A stretch of 60,566 nucleotides of DNA, counting the filler, from Sphacelaria rigidula (taxonomy: Eukaryota), in the NCBI GenBank assembly GCA_964200075.2. It is 9 parts of 9 records of this genome, joined end to end, with 100 filler letters (N's around TTAATTAATTAA, not from the genome) between each part and the next. Parts side by side here need not be neighbours in the genome. Positions count along the whole stretch, not along the records: positions 6,742 to 13,382 come from CAXNAA020018886.1; positions 13,483 to 20,123 come from CAXNAA020018887.1; positions 20,224 to 26,864 come from CAXNAA020018888.1; 6 more parts are not named here. One strand, 5' to 3'. Shown in pieces: positions 12,195-25,120 of this stretch (positions are counted from its first letter, which is position 1; every line of letters starts with the position of its first letter). The notes under the pieces are model-generated. The model saw only the letters and a program-made list of their open reading frames with translations, made no database searches and had not been told where the DNA came from. The position numbers were made by a program, and so were the translations under genes.

Positions 12195-12378
12195 CTTATC
12201 AATCCCTTCGAAGCATTTCTTGAGGTGTGGCTGTACCCTGTGCACGTCCTTCGATTCCGATAAGATCGACAGCAACTCGTCGTTGGAGAGAAAGTAGAGG
12301 CGGGCGAACACAGACCGTTTGGTCTCGAGGTAGTCACTGAGGCCTTTCTGAACCTCGTCCAACAGCTGGGCCCCTTCC
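12195..12378 (-). CDS. DNAH: Axonemal dynein heavy chain, exon in the N-terminal region 2 / linker
   Basis: Reads [57 protein letters not shown], containing the diagnostic [13 protein letters not shown] and VQPHLxKCFEGI motifs. AG/GT boundaries. The paralog cannot be determined. Confidence 0.95.
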
Positions 12379-13482
12379 CTGCGTATGGACACAACATATC
12401 AAGGGTATACCGGCTGAAACTCGGGTACTTGCGAAAGTATCAAAGAGGCGTTTCATCGAGAATTACCCTTCCGGACCGTGCTTGGAACATGATTCGATAC
12501 ATCGCAGCACCAAACCGGAAAGGTTGGTACACATTCCGGTGTGGCGTATAAAGTATACCAACCGCAAATCACCGACCTTCAGGAATACCCTGCAGAACAC
12601 AACCTTGCAAGATACGATGGACTGAATAAACCTTTTTGGGACCGTTGACGGAAAAATGATGATTCATAGTTGACGTCGTTTTCTTGGGGAAGATGTTGTT
12701 GTTGTTGCTGCTGCTGTTGTCTTCACATTAAAAACCGTTCCGATATCTGCGCGGTACACTCGTAATATGGTGTGTTTTTCTTCAACTATTTACGATGCAG
12801 CCCACTAAAACGGCGCACCACTTTGTGTTCAAGTATACTACTAATGTGACAGATTCGTGCACCAAACTCTACGTGACGTTTTTTCCGGTGACGAAAGCTT
12901 GCATATTAAGGGAGTTTGCACTGTTTTTTGCGAGTTCCGAAAGGGCTAAAATGGTATACGTTGGGATAAATCGCACAGCATACAACGGAACAGAGACGTC
13001 TATTTTATGCACAGTAGTAACAGGTGTTTTTTTAATCTGTACTCCACAGAGCATTCGGATCAGTAAACATTACAATCGACACGTTCTACGACATCCCCGC
13101 CCCGAAAAAGTGGCTGATTTGGGCAGGCAAACTCTGCACATAAATCGAGATGGAAAAAGCATATCCAGCTCAACGACAAGCTAGGAATTCCCACGATTGG
13201 GTCCGTTTTCGCCAATGTCGCTCATATGAGGCGTTTTATGCAGCCTGAAACCAGACATCAAGCGCCGTATGACCATTTTCTTCGAGACAGTTTTGGCCTG
13301 GTTTGGGGAGGGGGGGGGGGGGGGGCGTACTCATTTGTTGCTTGCCTCAGTCGTTTGTGACCATTGACCACGCACCCCTTCCNNNNNNNNNNNNNNNNNN
13401 NNNNNNNNNNNNNNNNNNNNNNNNNNTTAATTAATTAANNNNNNNNNNNNNNNNNNNNNNNNNNNNNNNNNNNNNNNNNNNN

Positions 13483-14996
13483 GACACAATCCCGGGGAGC
13501 GGTTGATTCTCATTTCAAAATACGTTCTCATTTTTCTGGCAACCCTGTTAACTGGTGACGATCGATTCGAAGCTTTTGGCGTTCATGGACTATGGGAGCG
13601 ACGACGAGGTGGACAAGGTCGGGCAGGGCAGCGGGGAAAGGAAATGTGGGGAAGGAGAAGATGGGAAAAGTGATGAAGATATTCAAGGGGATGGAGGGGG
13701 GGGCTAGTGATGGGAGTACAGAAAAACGGGTGGAGCAGGACCGTGGAAAAAAACAAGGAGGATGGCACAAGGGCCAGGGTAGCGGGGACGAGGACAACGA
13801 GGACGAGGACAGTGAGTACAAGGACAGTGAAGACGAGGACGAAGACAGCTGGGAACGAAGTAGCTGAAAACGGGATTTTTCTCGTGTGGTTTCTTCAAGT
13901 CTCGTTTGCTTCGGCGCTTGTGGGTGGTTCACTGTGTAGGTCAGTAGATACAGCACTACAAGGGTTTCGTTTCGTGCGGACCCGACACGAAGTCTCGTGG
14001 CTTACAGTATGACTTACAGCATATCTCTATGGTCGTGAATGTTCTTAGATTTTGGCCCTTGTATCACGACGAATGTGTCCCCGTTTCATATTCGTTTGCA
14101 CCAACGCTTTACCTTGTGCGGTATTCAGGTGTCTTTGACAACGGGAAAGACCCGCTGACTCTGCTGGACGATGAAGACGACATGTCACCGGATGATGCAC
14201 CTATCGAGATGGTGGTTCCGGACGGCTTTCGCCTTCAACAGTCGAGACCACCTGCTCTAGGGAGTTCCTTAGTCGAACGTGGAGTGCTGTTAAGATTGAA
14301 CATGGGGTGGTTTGGTGGCCTGATCACTCGCAAGAGTCAGGAGCGCACCAAAGAATTATACGACTATCGTGTGAATCTTGAAGAAAATCAGAGCGTGCGT
14401 ACCATGAAGGTACCGTTAGCTGCATGCAGCACGGAAGCAAGCGCAGTGGGTTCGTGGGTCTTACTAGAGCCCACTAACAAGCAGCAGAGAGAGGGTACGG
14501 TCGGAAGGGGCGGGCAGAACAGCCAGCACGGAGACTCAGAAACAGGCCAAACAAACGGCAGTCAGGAGCAGGGGAAAAGTATTACCGCCCAACGTGCGTA
14601 ATATAGATCATGCCGATTGAGTGGCACTTCTGGCTACAGTAGTACAGTGCTACAGCAGTTCTGAAGTCGTCGGAGGTAGGCAACATGAACTTTTACCCCA
14701 ACAGTCCTGGAGAGCTCCGCCATAAAATGAAAATCTGGTGAAAGACAGTGTGCGTGATGGGTGTAATGTGCCATACATGATTCTTTACAAGCGCTGAGGG
14801 GAAAATGCTGTGCTGGATGTCTTTCGAAAAAGAAAACTTCAAAATTAAGAATCTGGCGTTTTGCACCTCTTCGAACATTGTTTTTCTAATTAAGCATTTC
14901 TGCAGCAATCGGACAGGAAATAAACAGCTTGACTAAAGTTTGAAAAGTTAAAATTTTGCTCCACACCAGCACATGGGTGCGGCACAGAGCCCCTTT
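13483..14996 (+). mobile_element. Probable 3' remnant of a hAT-like transposon (degenerate dimerisation motif, acidic tract, spliced terminal exon)
   Basis: The contig start reads GERLILISKYVL...LLTGDDRFEAF (degenerate ERxFS...fE motif), followed by a D/E-rich tract. An exon-like frame at ~14129-14601, after ATTCAG|G, ends ...GSWVLLEP. Confidence 0.45.
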
Positions 14997-17099
14997 GTGT
15001 GGTGCAAGCTATTCACTCCAGTGTAGTACAAGCCTATGCAGCACAACTACGTGCAGTGAAGTGCAATGCAGCATAGAGTGTTGCACAGTCTATAAAGTGT
15101 AATGGTCGGGTATAAACAGCGCCGACTGCAAAAATAATCAATACATACGGTACTGCTATAGTGCATATATCACGGTCATGTCCGAGCCATAAAGATCCAT
15201 AATGTGCGACATGCAGCCGTGGCTGATGTGAAATTCCGTCGGTTAGGTGGCACATGCAGAATGGTTTTAAACCCAATTGGTGCCTTTTTTTGCGCAACGA
15301 TTGCATGTTGGGAACCTTCATCCGGGTTCCAACGACCCCCTAGGTGAAGCAAAATCATTCGAGTGTGCGTCGACATAGAGTTCGAGTTGTGAAGTGGGAC
15401 GGTATTACAGTACGACGATCGCATGCAGCGACCATGAGATATGGGCGCGGCAAAGCAAATTTCGTCCTCATCGGATGGCGCAACATAAAACCGCACGATT
15501 GAAGAAACTTGGGATCAAACGAATTGACGTACAATCCTACACAATTCCGCTCCTTGGTACATTCGCCAACCGCAGATTGGAAGATGAAGATCTCGAAGAG
15601 TCACAGTTGCGGCGCAACATCTGGAGCAATTCCGCGACGTCGGCCGGGGCAGACCGAACGTGAGATTCGGCATCGCAATCGATCTCGAGGTAAGAGGATC
15701 ACAATATCCGTGATGCACCAATACTGCGCGAAATAGAAGTACTGCAGATCCCAGGCACCTGACTGCTTTCCCCTTGTTCCCGCTGATGATCGTGTTTTTT
15801 CACAAACGTGAGGATGCCTACCCGTGGGGATAACATCCTTTCACACGAACCCTTGACTCTTACGATCACAAACTAATAAAAACCACACGGTTAATACGTT
15901 GTGCCTGCCTATCGATGTCCCGTCTCGTCCGGACAGCTGGTGAAATGCCTGCACCACTCCCGCTGACATCCCGCCCGACAAATGCTACATCCGCGGTTGA
16001 AAGCAGATATCCACTTACGCACTCCGAACGTACAGCGTCGGCGGGAAATGTGAGGGACATCGCCGGGGGTTACACCGGGGAATGGGGCTCAGCGCTATAG
16101 TGGCTGAGCCACCCTTTGTACGGAAACGATACGGCGACTGTACGGTTCAGTGCCTCGGAGGCGTCCATCACGTCCGCTAATGACGCATCTGTAGAGAACC
16201 AGGCGTCGGAGGGATGCAACGACCGTCCAAACGCAGAACGTAGCACTATTAAATGTCAATGGGGGGGGGGGTAGGCGCGACTTTTGAAATCTCGATTACT
16301 TCGGCGTCGGAAAACAATACACGGGAGGTATCGCCATGGAATCCACCGACAGTACCTCTCAACGAAGTAGGTAAAACCTCCCGCAGAATCGGGAGAGCTT
16401 ATGACGGTAGACTCGTGGAGATACAGAATTCAACTCCGTCAACCAAGGCGAAGAAAAGACGTGCCCCACCCATCTCCGGCAGGGACACACACCCGCATGC
16501 TCACGCACGTACATCGAGACGGGAGAGGACCGCGACGAGTAGCCCGGAGGTTTGCCGAGCGTGGGGAGCATGGCATGAACAACAGAGGGCTGCGTTGCAG
16601 CACAGAAACGGGTTTAAGGAAGCTCAGGTGCTGGCAGAAGACTCTCCCAAGGAAGCGCAGGCATCCGCACCCCCATGCAATGCAGGGTTAGGTCCTCCTC
16701 GAGGGTCTCCACGAGAATTTTCCACGCCGTCGGGACACCGTAACAAGCGACGAGGCTCACCATACACTTCGCAACCAACTCCTGCAGGCGCATCAAAATC
16801 GAAGCGGAAGAAGGAAACGACTGCATAGAGGCTACCACCCCAGGGGTCGATCGGGGCCGGGTGGAAGGTGTCGGCAGCTCATCCTTGGCGACTTCGGAAC
16901 AAGAGCAGGTAGCGCCGGTGCCAACGGACGGGGTTGCCAGCAAGGTGATGAGGCACCCCGACCGCCGCACACCACTCCCCGGGACTGATGGTAGTGAACG
17001 TCGCGGGCGCGGTGAAAGAGGGAGGATGTCGAGGCAAGGCGGTAGTTCTCAAAGTCCTCCCCCGAATCGTGCTAGCTGCACGAGGGAGCTTGCCGCGTC

Positions 17100-19830
17100 G
17101 GTAGGGTGTAATCCGGTTAGTAGTATGAGGGAGCATCGAGGACGTGAGCGGGTTCGCGGTCGCGATATATGTGGCATCCAGTTCCCCGTCGTCGACGACG
17201 GATACAACACGTGCTCCTCTTGCGTTCAGATATACGACCCGGTTTCACGACTGTGCTTCGCCTGCCAGGTGTTGAAAACGCACGAATCTCGGCGTGGCAC
17301 GATCATCGGAGGCTCGGCTATTTCTGGAGTCGTGTGCGGATGGTGATAATGTACGAGAGGCTGCGCTTCTGCAAACCCGACTGCAGATTGCTCATGATGT
17401 CGGTGTTTTCTTTTTGGCGCTCCCTTGACCAACACAGGGTCACGAGTGATAGGCGGAAGGCAAAGTCCCTCCCTCCGCTTTGCTGCACACCCGCGACCGT
17501 GGGTTGAAGTCCCCTGCTAGCCCTGCCGAACCGGACTTCGTTGCAGAAGCACACCATAAAGTAATTGCGCCCGTTGAGGCGGGGCCCGTGGTGGGGCTCG
17601 AGAATGTTCAATCCTGACTGACGAAACCCAGGACTTCAGCAAACGCCCGGGTTGTTCTAGACAAGCGCACCAGGGAGCAAGCGTTGGGATTTTCCGATGC
17701 GATGGTGGCGGCTGGCACAGTCGACGCCAAGCTTGAGAAGATAAGCGGGTCGAGAGGACTGCATGCGATGGACGGTGCAAGGTCATTTATCCTGTTTCTT
17801 CGGTGGTGGCGCCCGCGGCAGCCATGGCGGCCGACGTTGAACTTCGCAACATGCGTGCCAGGGTACGAGAACTGGAGTGTTCCGTCTCCCGCCTCACCGC
17901 CCGGATCGACAATGGACAACCGGTTGAACCTGCACTCCAGCGGGTGACAGCTTCCGGTCCGGGGGAGGAGAAACGACTGTGGTCATCGCGGGTGGACGGG
18001 ATGGACATCGAGAGTGCACAAGAACTGAGGAACGTGTCCGAGAACATGGACCAGAAATATGCAGCCGATATATGGAGGAATATTCGACCCATGAATCACG
18101 TTTTGACGGATGATACGCCGCCGGCGCTATTGGCATCGCTGAGCAGTCTGTGTCGTTTTGAGTGGGTTGAGTGTTGATCCAGACTTGCTTTTTCCAACCG
18201 TGGAGGACGGAAGGAGTGCTAGGCAAGGGGATTCCTTTGCCAGCATCAGAATACGTGGATCGACACCCCGAGAAAAGGTGTTGTGCAAGAGGACGAGGAC
18301 GAGGAAGAGGCAGGTTGGGAGGCTGTGTATGCTCGCGCAAAACCTCGTGAAGACTGTTTCAGCCTGGGGACTCAGCGCAATGTACGACTTCCATTTAGCG
18401 CAGGTGTTGAAAACGCACGAACCACCAGTGGTTATCATTGACTTTGTCGCCACCCATGGATTTTGCATGACAGAGTCCATGCGTTACAAGCGGGAGCAGT
18501 TTTACGTAAAGTGGAGGTCGGACAAACATCTCATGGCCCTCGCATTGACGGCTGCTGCGATTCCTTGGGGCAACTGCGATTTTCGGCCGACGACGAGTGT
18601 TACGAGGGTCGGCGCAATTGTGAGTACGATATCGTCCACCTGTGTGGCTGTGGAAGATCTGTCGGGGCATCTGTCGCTCATACACGCGCAACACCGGCAA
18701 GGAGAGCTGGCGGCCGCGGAAATGAAGACGGGACGGCGAGCAGTGGCAGCTTTACCTCTCCATCTTCGACGATGCAGCATTCCGTTGTGCGGTGGCAAGG
18801 ATCGGAGGTGAAGGTGGCCATATCGACACGTGCGTGGAGATCGAACTCAGACAGGTGAACAGAGTAGTCAATTTTCGGATCCTCTTAGTCCGAACGTGTA
18901 CGCGAGGTTTTCGAGCTCCCTCTCTCCAGTTTTGATCGGGATATTATTGTCGGAACATGTCAACATGACGCGCCTCTGCGTGTAGCCCGGTGGCGTGACA
19001 ATATTTTGATGCTGGGGCTGAGCTCGCTTGAAGTTGAGGTTGTTTACAGATCGGTTAGTGTTCGACTGTACAGTTCTGACATGAATTCGAGGGTCCGCTG
19101 CGCCGGGATAATCCAGCTGGATTTACTCGTACGAAGTAGTTTGGAAAGCTGCGGGTTCAATAAAACCCTATGGTCGCCGTTCGTATCTTGCCTATCAGGT
19201 ATTTAGTTCCCATCGTGAAGGAACACGAGTAATCGAGTAGGAGAGGGAAAATATGTGGCAACATTTTAGAGGATGTAGGAATGCTCCTCCCACTTGAGAT
19301 GCCAGATTTAATGTCGCGTGCAGCGGTAGATATAGGGCGGTCCCACGACACCACGTGCCCATCTCGCAAAAGGGTATGAACCGAAGGTGTGAGGGAAAAA
19401 AATGCCTCACGGAGTGTATACCCCGCATCATCCGCCCTTGTTTGGTCTCATGCTCAAATTGCCTTACTAGGCGATATGATGATGCAGAGGGATCCGCAGG
19501 TGTTCAAGTACCTCGTCATGCAACTGGACGCAACGAAGAGTTGGTCCGACTCGAAGGCCACCGTCGATCGTCTAGCTGATATTCGCCGCGTGGATGAGCG
19601 GGGCGCGGCGGTGGCATGAATGGTTGCCGGCGATGAGGAAACATTGAGCTTCATGTATCATCTCATCCGGAGTAACACCGACCTCTATCACTTGCTCACA
19701 GTATACGTGGGTGACTGGCATCTTTTGTTGTACCACATGGCGAAGGCGATCATGAGCCGGTATTGGGTGGCAGGGATAGAGTCCATCGCAGAGACACTTT
19801 GTGTGAACAGAACAAACGCATCGGATCACC
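17100..19830 (+). mobile_element. Decayed Academ-like (DUF6589-type) DNA transposase with frameshifts and a stop codon; boundaries approximate
   Basis: Ordered motifs: IIDFVATHGFCM, PWGNCDF (DNxD-like with D>G), LVMQLDATKS, VAGDEET (GDQxT-like) and YVGDWHLL...AKAIMSRYW. In-frame TGA at 19617-19619. Truncated by a TA-flanked insertion at 19833. Confidence 0.6.
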
Positions 19831-19832
19831 TA

Positions 19833-20019
19833 CAGTGGGGGTCACGGTTAAAGAGAGCTCAATTAAAGAGAATTGCCGGTTTGAGAGAGGTAAAAAAAGC
19901 TCGGCACACCTCTCTCTTAAACCGAACCCTGGTTTCTCTTAAGCCGGACCCATTCTCTTAAACCGAAATCTCTTGTCTCTTAAACCGGATTCACCCCCAA
20001 ACCCCCCGTTCTTTTACTG
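19833..20019. mobile_element. TA-flanked Tc1/mariner/pogo-type MITE inserted into the Academ-like ORF
   Basis: TA|CAGT...ACTG|TA ends. Internal TCTCTTAAACCG repeats are inverted relative to CGGTTAAAGAGA. Confidence 0.6.
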
Positions 20020-20020
20020 T

Positions 20021-20123
20021 ATAGTACTGTGGTTGGTAACCTCGAAACCTTCTGACGGTTGGGTCGTGGGTTCAAATCTCGGAGTGATCTGGGATTTTTC
20101 TCACCCCATGCCCAACAGGGGAA
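20021..20123 (+). mobile_element. 5' head of a probable tRNA-derived SINE
   Basis: A-box-like TAGTACTGTGG and B-box GGTTCAAATC at tRNA-like spacing. There is no complete cloverleaf, and it is cut by the contig end. Confidence 0.55.
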
Positions 20124-20223
20124 NNNNNNNNNNNNNNNNNNNNNNNNNNNNNNNNNNNNNNNNNNNNTTAATTAATTAANNNNNNNNNNNNNNNNNNNNN
20201 NNNNNNNNNNNNNNNNNNNNNNN

Positions 20224-20567
20224 CAGGCGATTTTCTCCCGTGGATTGATTTTTCGGACCCCAGTACGTTGGACTTTGTTGGCTAGCTGTGAGGAAACCAA
20301 ATCAAGTCTCCAATTCTTTGGGCGTTACCTTTTGGTATATCACCTTCCTGCTCAAATCGGGACACTCCCGCATCTTCCCCGATTTTTTTTTAATCGGGAA
20401 AAAATCGGGGGAGGTGCGGGAGTGTCCCGATTTGAGCAGGAAGGTGACATACCAAAAGGTGACGTCCAGAGAATTGGAGACTTGATCTGGTTTCCTCACA
20501 GCTAGCCGAAAAACATTGCCCAATGGACCGGGGTCCGAAAAATCAATCCATGAGAATAAATCGCCTG
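20224..20567. repeat. ~340-bp imperfect palindrome (foldback element) in a MetRS intron
   Basis: CAGGCGATTT...AAATCGCCTG, with a long near-perfect core (TCACCTTCCTGCTCAAATCGGGACACTCCCGCA and its reverse complement). The left side is cut by the contig end. Confidence 0.88.
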
Positions 20568-20708
20568 TAGACGGGCTGAAATCCTCATATTTGTACAAAT
20601 CGAGATTGGCTGCCATAAAAGATGGGCTAAGGTGTGTATAGGGATGTCGGTGCGTTGTGTACTGAATCCCCCCGCTCGCCGTCCCCACACTCTCCAACCC
20701 CTCTGCAG

Positions 20709-20942
20709 TTGGAAGCTGTTCGGCATGTGGGCATCCTGTATCAACCATTCATGCCAACGGCCGCGGGCAAACTATTAGATCAGCTAGGTGTTCCAGACGG
20801 GGAGGCGCGAAGCTTTGCGGCGATTTCACCCGGTAGTCAAAGCGAGTACTCCTTGCGAGGCGGATCCCCATTGGAAAAACCGACTCCGGTATTCCCTCGG
20901 ATCGAAAAGGAGGAAGCAGTACCGGCACCGGCTGCGGCTTAG
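20709..20942 (+). CDS. metG: Last exon of methionyl-tRNA synthetase (anticodon-binding domain; short organellar/bacterial type)
   Basis: After a pyrimidine-rich tract and CAG it reads LEAVRHVGILYQPFMPTAAGKLLDQLGV...LEKPTPVFPRIEKE...*, the typical MetRS C-terminus (PFMP...LGV...PVFPR). Upstream exons lie outside the contig. Confidence 0.88.
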   Translation: MEAVRHVGILYQPFMPTAAGKLLDQLGVPDGEARSFAAISPGSQSEYSLRGGSPLEKPTPVFPRIEKEEAVPAPAAA

Positions 20943-23900
20943 TATGTATATCTTGCTTGTTCTACAACTTTAATTGCACTTTCAACATATGTCCGGTTAC
21001 AATTTGTTTCCAGGGGGGGGGTAGCAGAGTCAAGCGGCAGAATGCTAGCCGCAGGAAATAAAGATGTCCCGAAAGTGTAGCGTTTTCAAGTCTGAGTAGC
21101 ATATGCGGTAGTGGGTGATATGACACGTGATGTGGCACCCCAGTCCATGAGTCGTGGTGGGGTTTGTGATGGTTGAAGCGCATGAACGGTGATTCTTCCG
21201 AGCTACACAGAGAAAGTATGCCTACGATCACTCACAGTTAGGTCGTAGAGGGTTGATGTTCGCATAGATTGCCCTGTGCCCAGGGCGCTTTCAATTTCAA
21301 TATATTTCTGTGTTTATGACGGTGCGGTCTCGAATTGCGGCGGTGAAACCGGAGTGGTCTCGGCTAGGCCCTTTTTAGAAGTGGCTCTAAAATGAAGGCC
21401 TGCCGCACGCACCCGGGGTATGGTCATGTGTCGTTGCACGGAAGCGTAAAGTTGTATCGAAGCATAAATCGTGTCCGTGTTATCGCCGTCGCCCTACATT
21501 TGCAAGGGCCCGCAGCAAGCCGGCGCTGAGACGCGAGCCGTTTCCCGGCAAATTCCCGCTAGATCGTCCCGCACTAGTCCCAGCCACTACCATGCCCATT
21601 TTCAAGTACACGTACGGGACTTGTTTCCCGGTATGCCATAGACTTGAAACCTTTTTTGACCGGACCGCCAGAGCGACCCATGAGGCTGGTCAGGAATGAC
21701 GTGTCTGGCGTCTGCACGAAACAGAGGCGTGTTGCTAAAAATGCGCGTACGTAACCGCAGGATTATATGACGAAGACCGAAAGTTCTATCCAATCTATTT
21801 TCAGGTGCAGGGTGCGCACGAGGTAGTCCACATCTGACGTAGCAAGCAGTATGGGTCGTGGAAAAATGCTTCCAACAGGATGCGGCGACCGACGGGCCGT
21901 CCGCCACTTCCCCCCCTTGTTGCATGCGGCAAATTCTCTTCGAAGGGTATTAGCGTTGCGGCGCGCACGGATACAACAGAAAGTACAGTACAGTGTAGTA
22001 CGCCTCTCCAATTGAAGCAGCAGCTGCCGCTGCATACTCCCTTGCACGTTTCGGGCAGTTCTCAAGCTACCGAAATCAGCTGCCTATATACAGCTTTGTC
22101 ATCCCGTCTACAAAATACATGTGGACTGCACACTGCATGTCATCGACAGAGGGATACGCAGAATTCATTACGATAGCCCATTTTGTCTTTCCACAGCCCA
22201 CCTGGATTTCGTGCCTCGTGAAAATGACCACATTGTAGCATGCACACCACTTGACGTTTTTTTCCGCTCCACCCTGTGTTGGTGTAGATTACTATGTTTC
22301 AGTAAAGGATTGGGACCCAAAAAACGCTCCGGAAAAACTCAGGAATGGTACACTGAGTGCAAGTGATACCATCAAACTAAGCCGCGACCACCCTGGACTT
22401 GGAAACCTGGGGAGGCTTATCTGGGCGAGGAATAGGGCCCCCACACGATCTTTGCAGTGGCATCACACTCGAAAACAATCCCCGCGCTGGCCGTTCGGGT
22501 CGGATCGATGAATTTCGCCTCGCCGTAATTGGGCAAGTCGCTCGAAGACTTATTTTTTATTGTCCTACAAACACAGGACCAAGCCTGTGTTCGTGGAGGT
22601 CCGTTCCCGAAAGAGTTGAGTGGCAAACTTGTGTTTCTCGGGCAGACAGGAGACAACGTCAAGCAGCTGCACGCTGGGCCGAAGGGCTCATATCGGGAAA
22701 TGACGCCCGCCCCCCTCCACTCCCCCCAGGTCGTCCAAACCTCTTTCATGGGCCGTAGCAGAGGAGGGGGGGGGGAGGACCCCGGGGACCCTATTTGAGG
22801 AGGGGGGTACCCCCCTGATCGATGGATGATGGCGATAGTAGTTGCTGTGTGTGTGCGCATCGGTCTTGAAACACAGATCCAGGTACGGTACATGATTAAT
22901 GCCGCTTTCTGCTGTGTTGGACACTGCGTACCAACCGCAGCGTGACGCCTTCGGTGGTGCAACCTGCTCCCTGCACAACGGCAGGGTACAGGGTGACAAA
23001 GCGCATCGCAGGACGTCAGATCCTGAGCCTATTCCCGTCCTGCATTAATTTCGCGCTGTCCGATGAGTTCGCCACATCATGAACGCAGCCGCGGCCAACG
23101 TGTACGCGGAATATCATTCCTCGCTACGCGCTATATCGCCACGTCACATTCTGTAAAGCTGTCCGTGTTGCAGCTACAGCGTGCGTTTGCCCCAGGTGGC
23201 GCACGCAGCAGTTAGAGGCGGCCTCCGCCGCTGTAATGGCTACCTGTATCTTCGGCGAAGCCGTACGGTAACACAGCCGCGATGGCGCGAAAGTCGCCTG
23301 TAGCACTCCACATCGGGGGAGATTTTTACAGACTGTTGTCTCGAAGTGTAGCGTTGCAGTTACCGACTTGAAGTACGAGTACTCTTCGTCTTGTATTACA
23401 CAAGTTACAGTCGGCAATATATTCTTTGATGTGCAATTCGACCCAACGGTCCCTGGGCGAACTGCAGGTGAGGCAATCGCCGAAACATTTCCCTGCAAAC
23501 TCTGCACTGTCAGTTGATATCGCCAGAAGGATACTACCATAACCACCTTGCTGATTGCCAGACTGTCCGGACGTAGGATCCACTAGCTTTGCTGCTGTCT
23601 GTACGGGGATGTTGACCCGTTGTCAGGTACGTGGGGAGGGCCCGTGGCAGAACGCAGTGGTCGCGTCAAGCAGCTGCACGCTGCCGCGTTCTCACTCAAG
23701 ATTGGGGTTTGGAAGATGACACTAGGTAGGCAGCAGCAACTGCTGTGTGCCCAGGTGCCCCTTGGAGCAAATGCGTTTGGTTTCTGTTTGACGAGGTTTT
23801 GCCCAAAAACCAAAATCAATAGGGGTTTTATAGTCGAAAAATCTAGCAAAAAATAGTCGAAAAAGTCTAGTCGCGAAAAAACGAAAAGTCGAATTTTTAC

Positions 23901-25049
23901 CCGGAGCAGAAACCAAACTCACTTTGTGAAATTGGAAATTACACAACAGCCGCGATCTGGCGAAAAAAACGCGTGTGTTCCAGACCCTGGACAACATATA
24001 TTGCCAAAAGATGCAATAGAGGCAAAATGTACTGGGTAACGTATAGGCCCATTGCAACCATTGCCCACAAGACAATAGTTGCAGTATGCCTATACTTCAC
24101 CAGGTACATTTTCCGTCTATTGCATCTATTGACAATTTCATTTCCCGGGTGTGGTGTTTTGTCATCTTGGTGTAGCTTGTCTTCGATTGCTGTAACTTTA
24201 AATGCATCCTCACTTTGGAGAGACATGCAGAACCGAACGCCAATGCTTGCATTACTACTTCGGCGGTTTTGAGGTGAGCACCGCAATGATCGGGCTGAAA
24301 GACATCAGCCGGCGACCAAGTTTTTTTCGACCAATCAAACTGTGTTCCCAATTTTCCGCCCACTCGATCGAAAAACTGTGCACTGGATTTTCCCGATTTG
24401 AGCAACGCAACGCAAGTCATCAGGATAATCTGGCGTAACCCAAATCTCATATCTTGACCACGAGTCCAAGCAACCAGGTTGGCTGCGAAATGACGTGGGC
24501 TTGGAACCCAAGCAACTCTGTTGTTTCAGTGAGAGGCATTTATTCGCCGCAATTCCATTATTTTTCAGGGTGTGGTGAGACGTGGGTTGTACCAGATTAT
24601 AACGACGACGATAACCATCATGTACTACAACCTGTTCATGATGACAAAACATGTGTTCGTGGCATCGACCGATACAGGTCGTACCCGCAGGGGGGTTCTC
24701 ACCCGCAGGGTGGGAGGTATACACCCCACCCTTGTTCGCCATTCAAAAACAAGACTCGACACAGATACGCACACATCATCTCGTGGTCGGTACCTCTCCG
24801 CGCTCGGCCCTGAGATAAGATACGCATTCACGCGCAGCCAACGATCACCTTTACACCTCCGAAGAGCATCGCACCGCTCCCACACGTACACGCACGCTTA
24901 CGCGGGCCCTCGTGACAACAGAACGCCAAGCAACAGCACTATCTTTTTACAGAAATGCCAAAGAACAGCGCCAACACCAAAGGAGGTCAACCCGTTACCA
25001 GACATCACCGTCAGGAACCAAAGCATGTACACATATTCATACACAAACA

Positions 25050-25118
<69 letters not shown>
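25050..25118 (+). repeat. (CA)n microsatellite
   Basis: Directly visible. Confidence 0.97.

Positions 25119-25120
<2 letters not shown>

Noticed and set aside
20021..20090. tRNA gene
   Set aside because: It has A/B-box-like motifs but no complete cloverleaf, so it is treated as a SINE head.
22250..23760. Exon-like fragments sharing 'VKQLHA'
   Set aside because: I could not build a consistent spliced frame or assign a family.
23939..24286. Chromodomain-like 'FKVTAIEDK...YLVKY' peptide
   Set aside because: It overlaps a DNA hairpin, and the same peptide pattern appears on the opposite strand, so it is probably coincidental.
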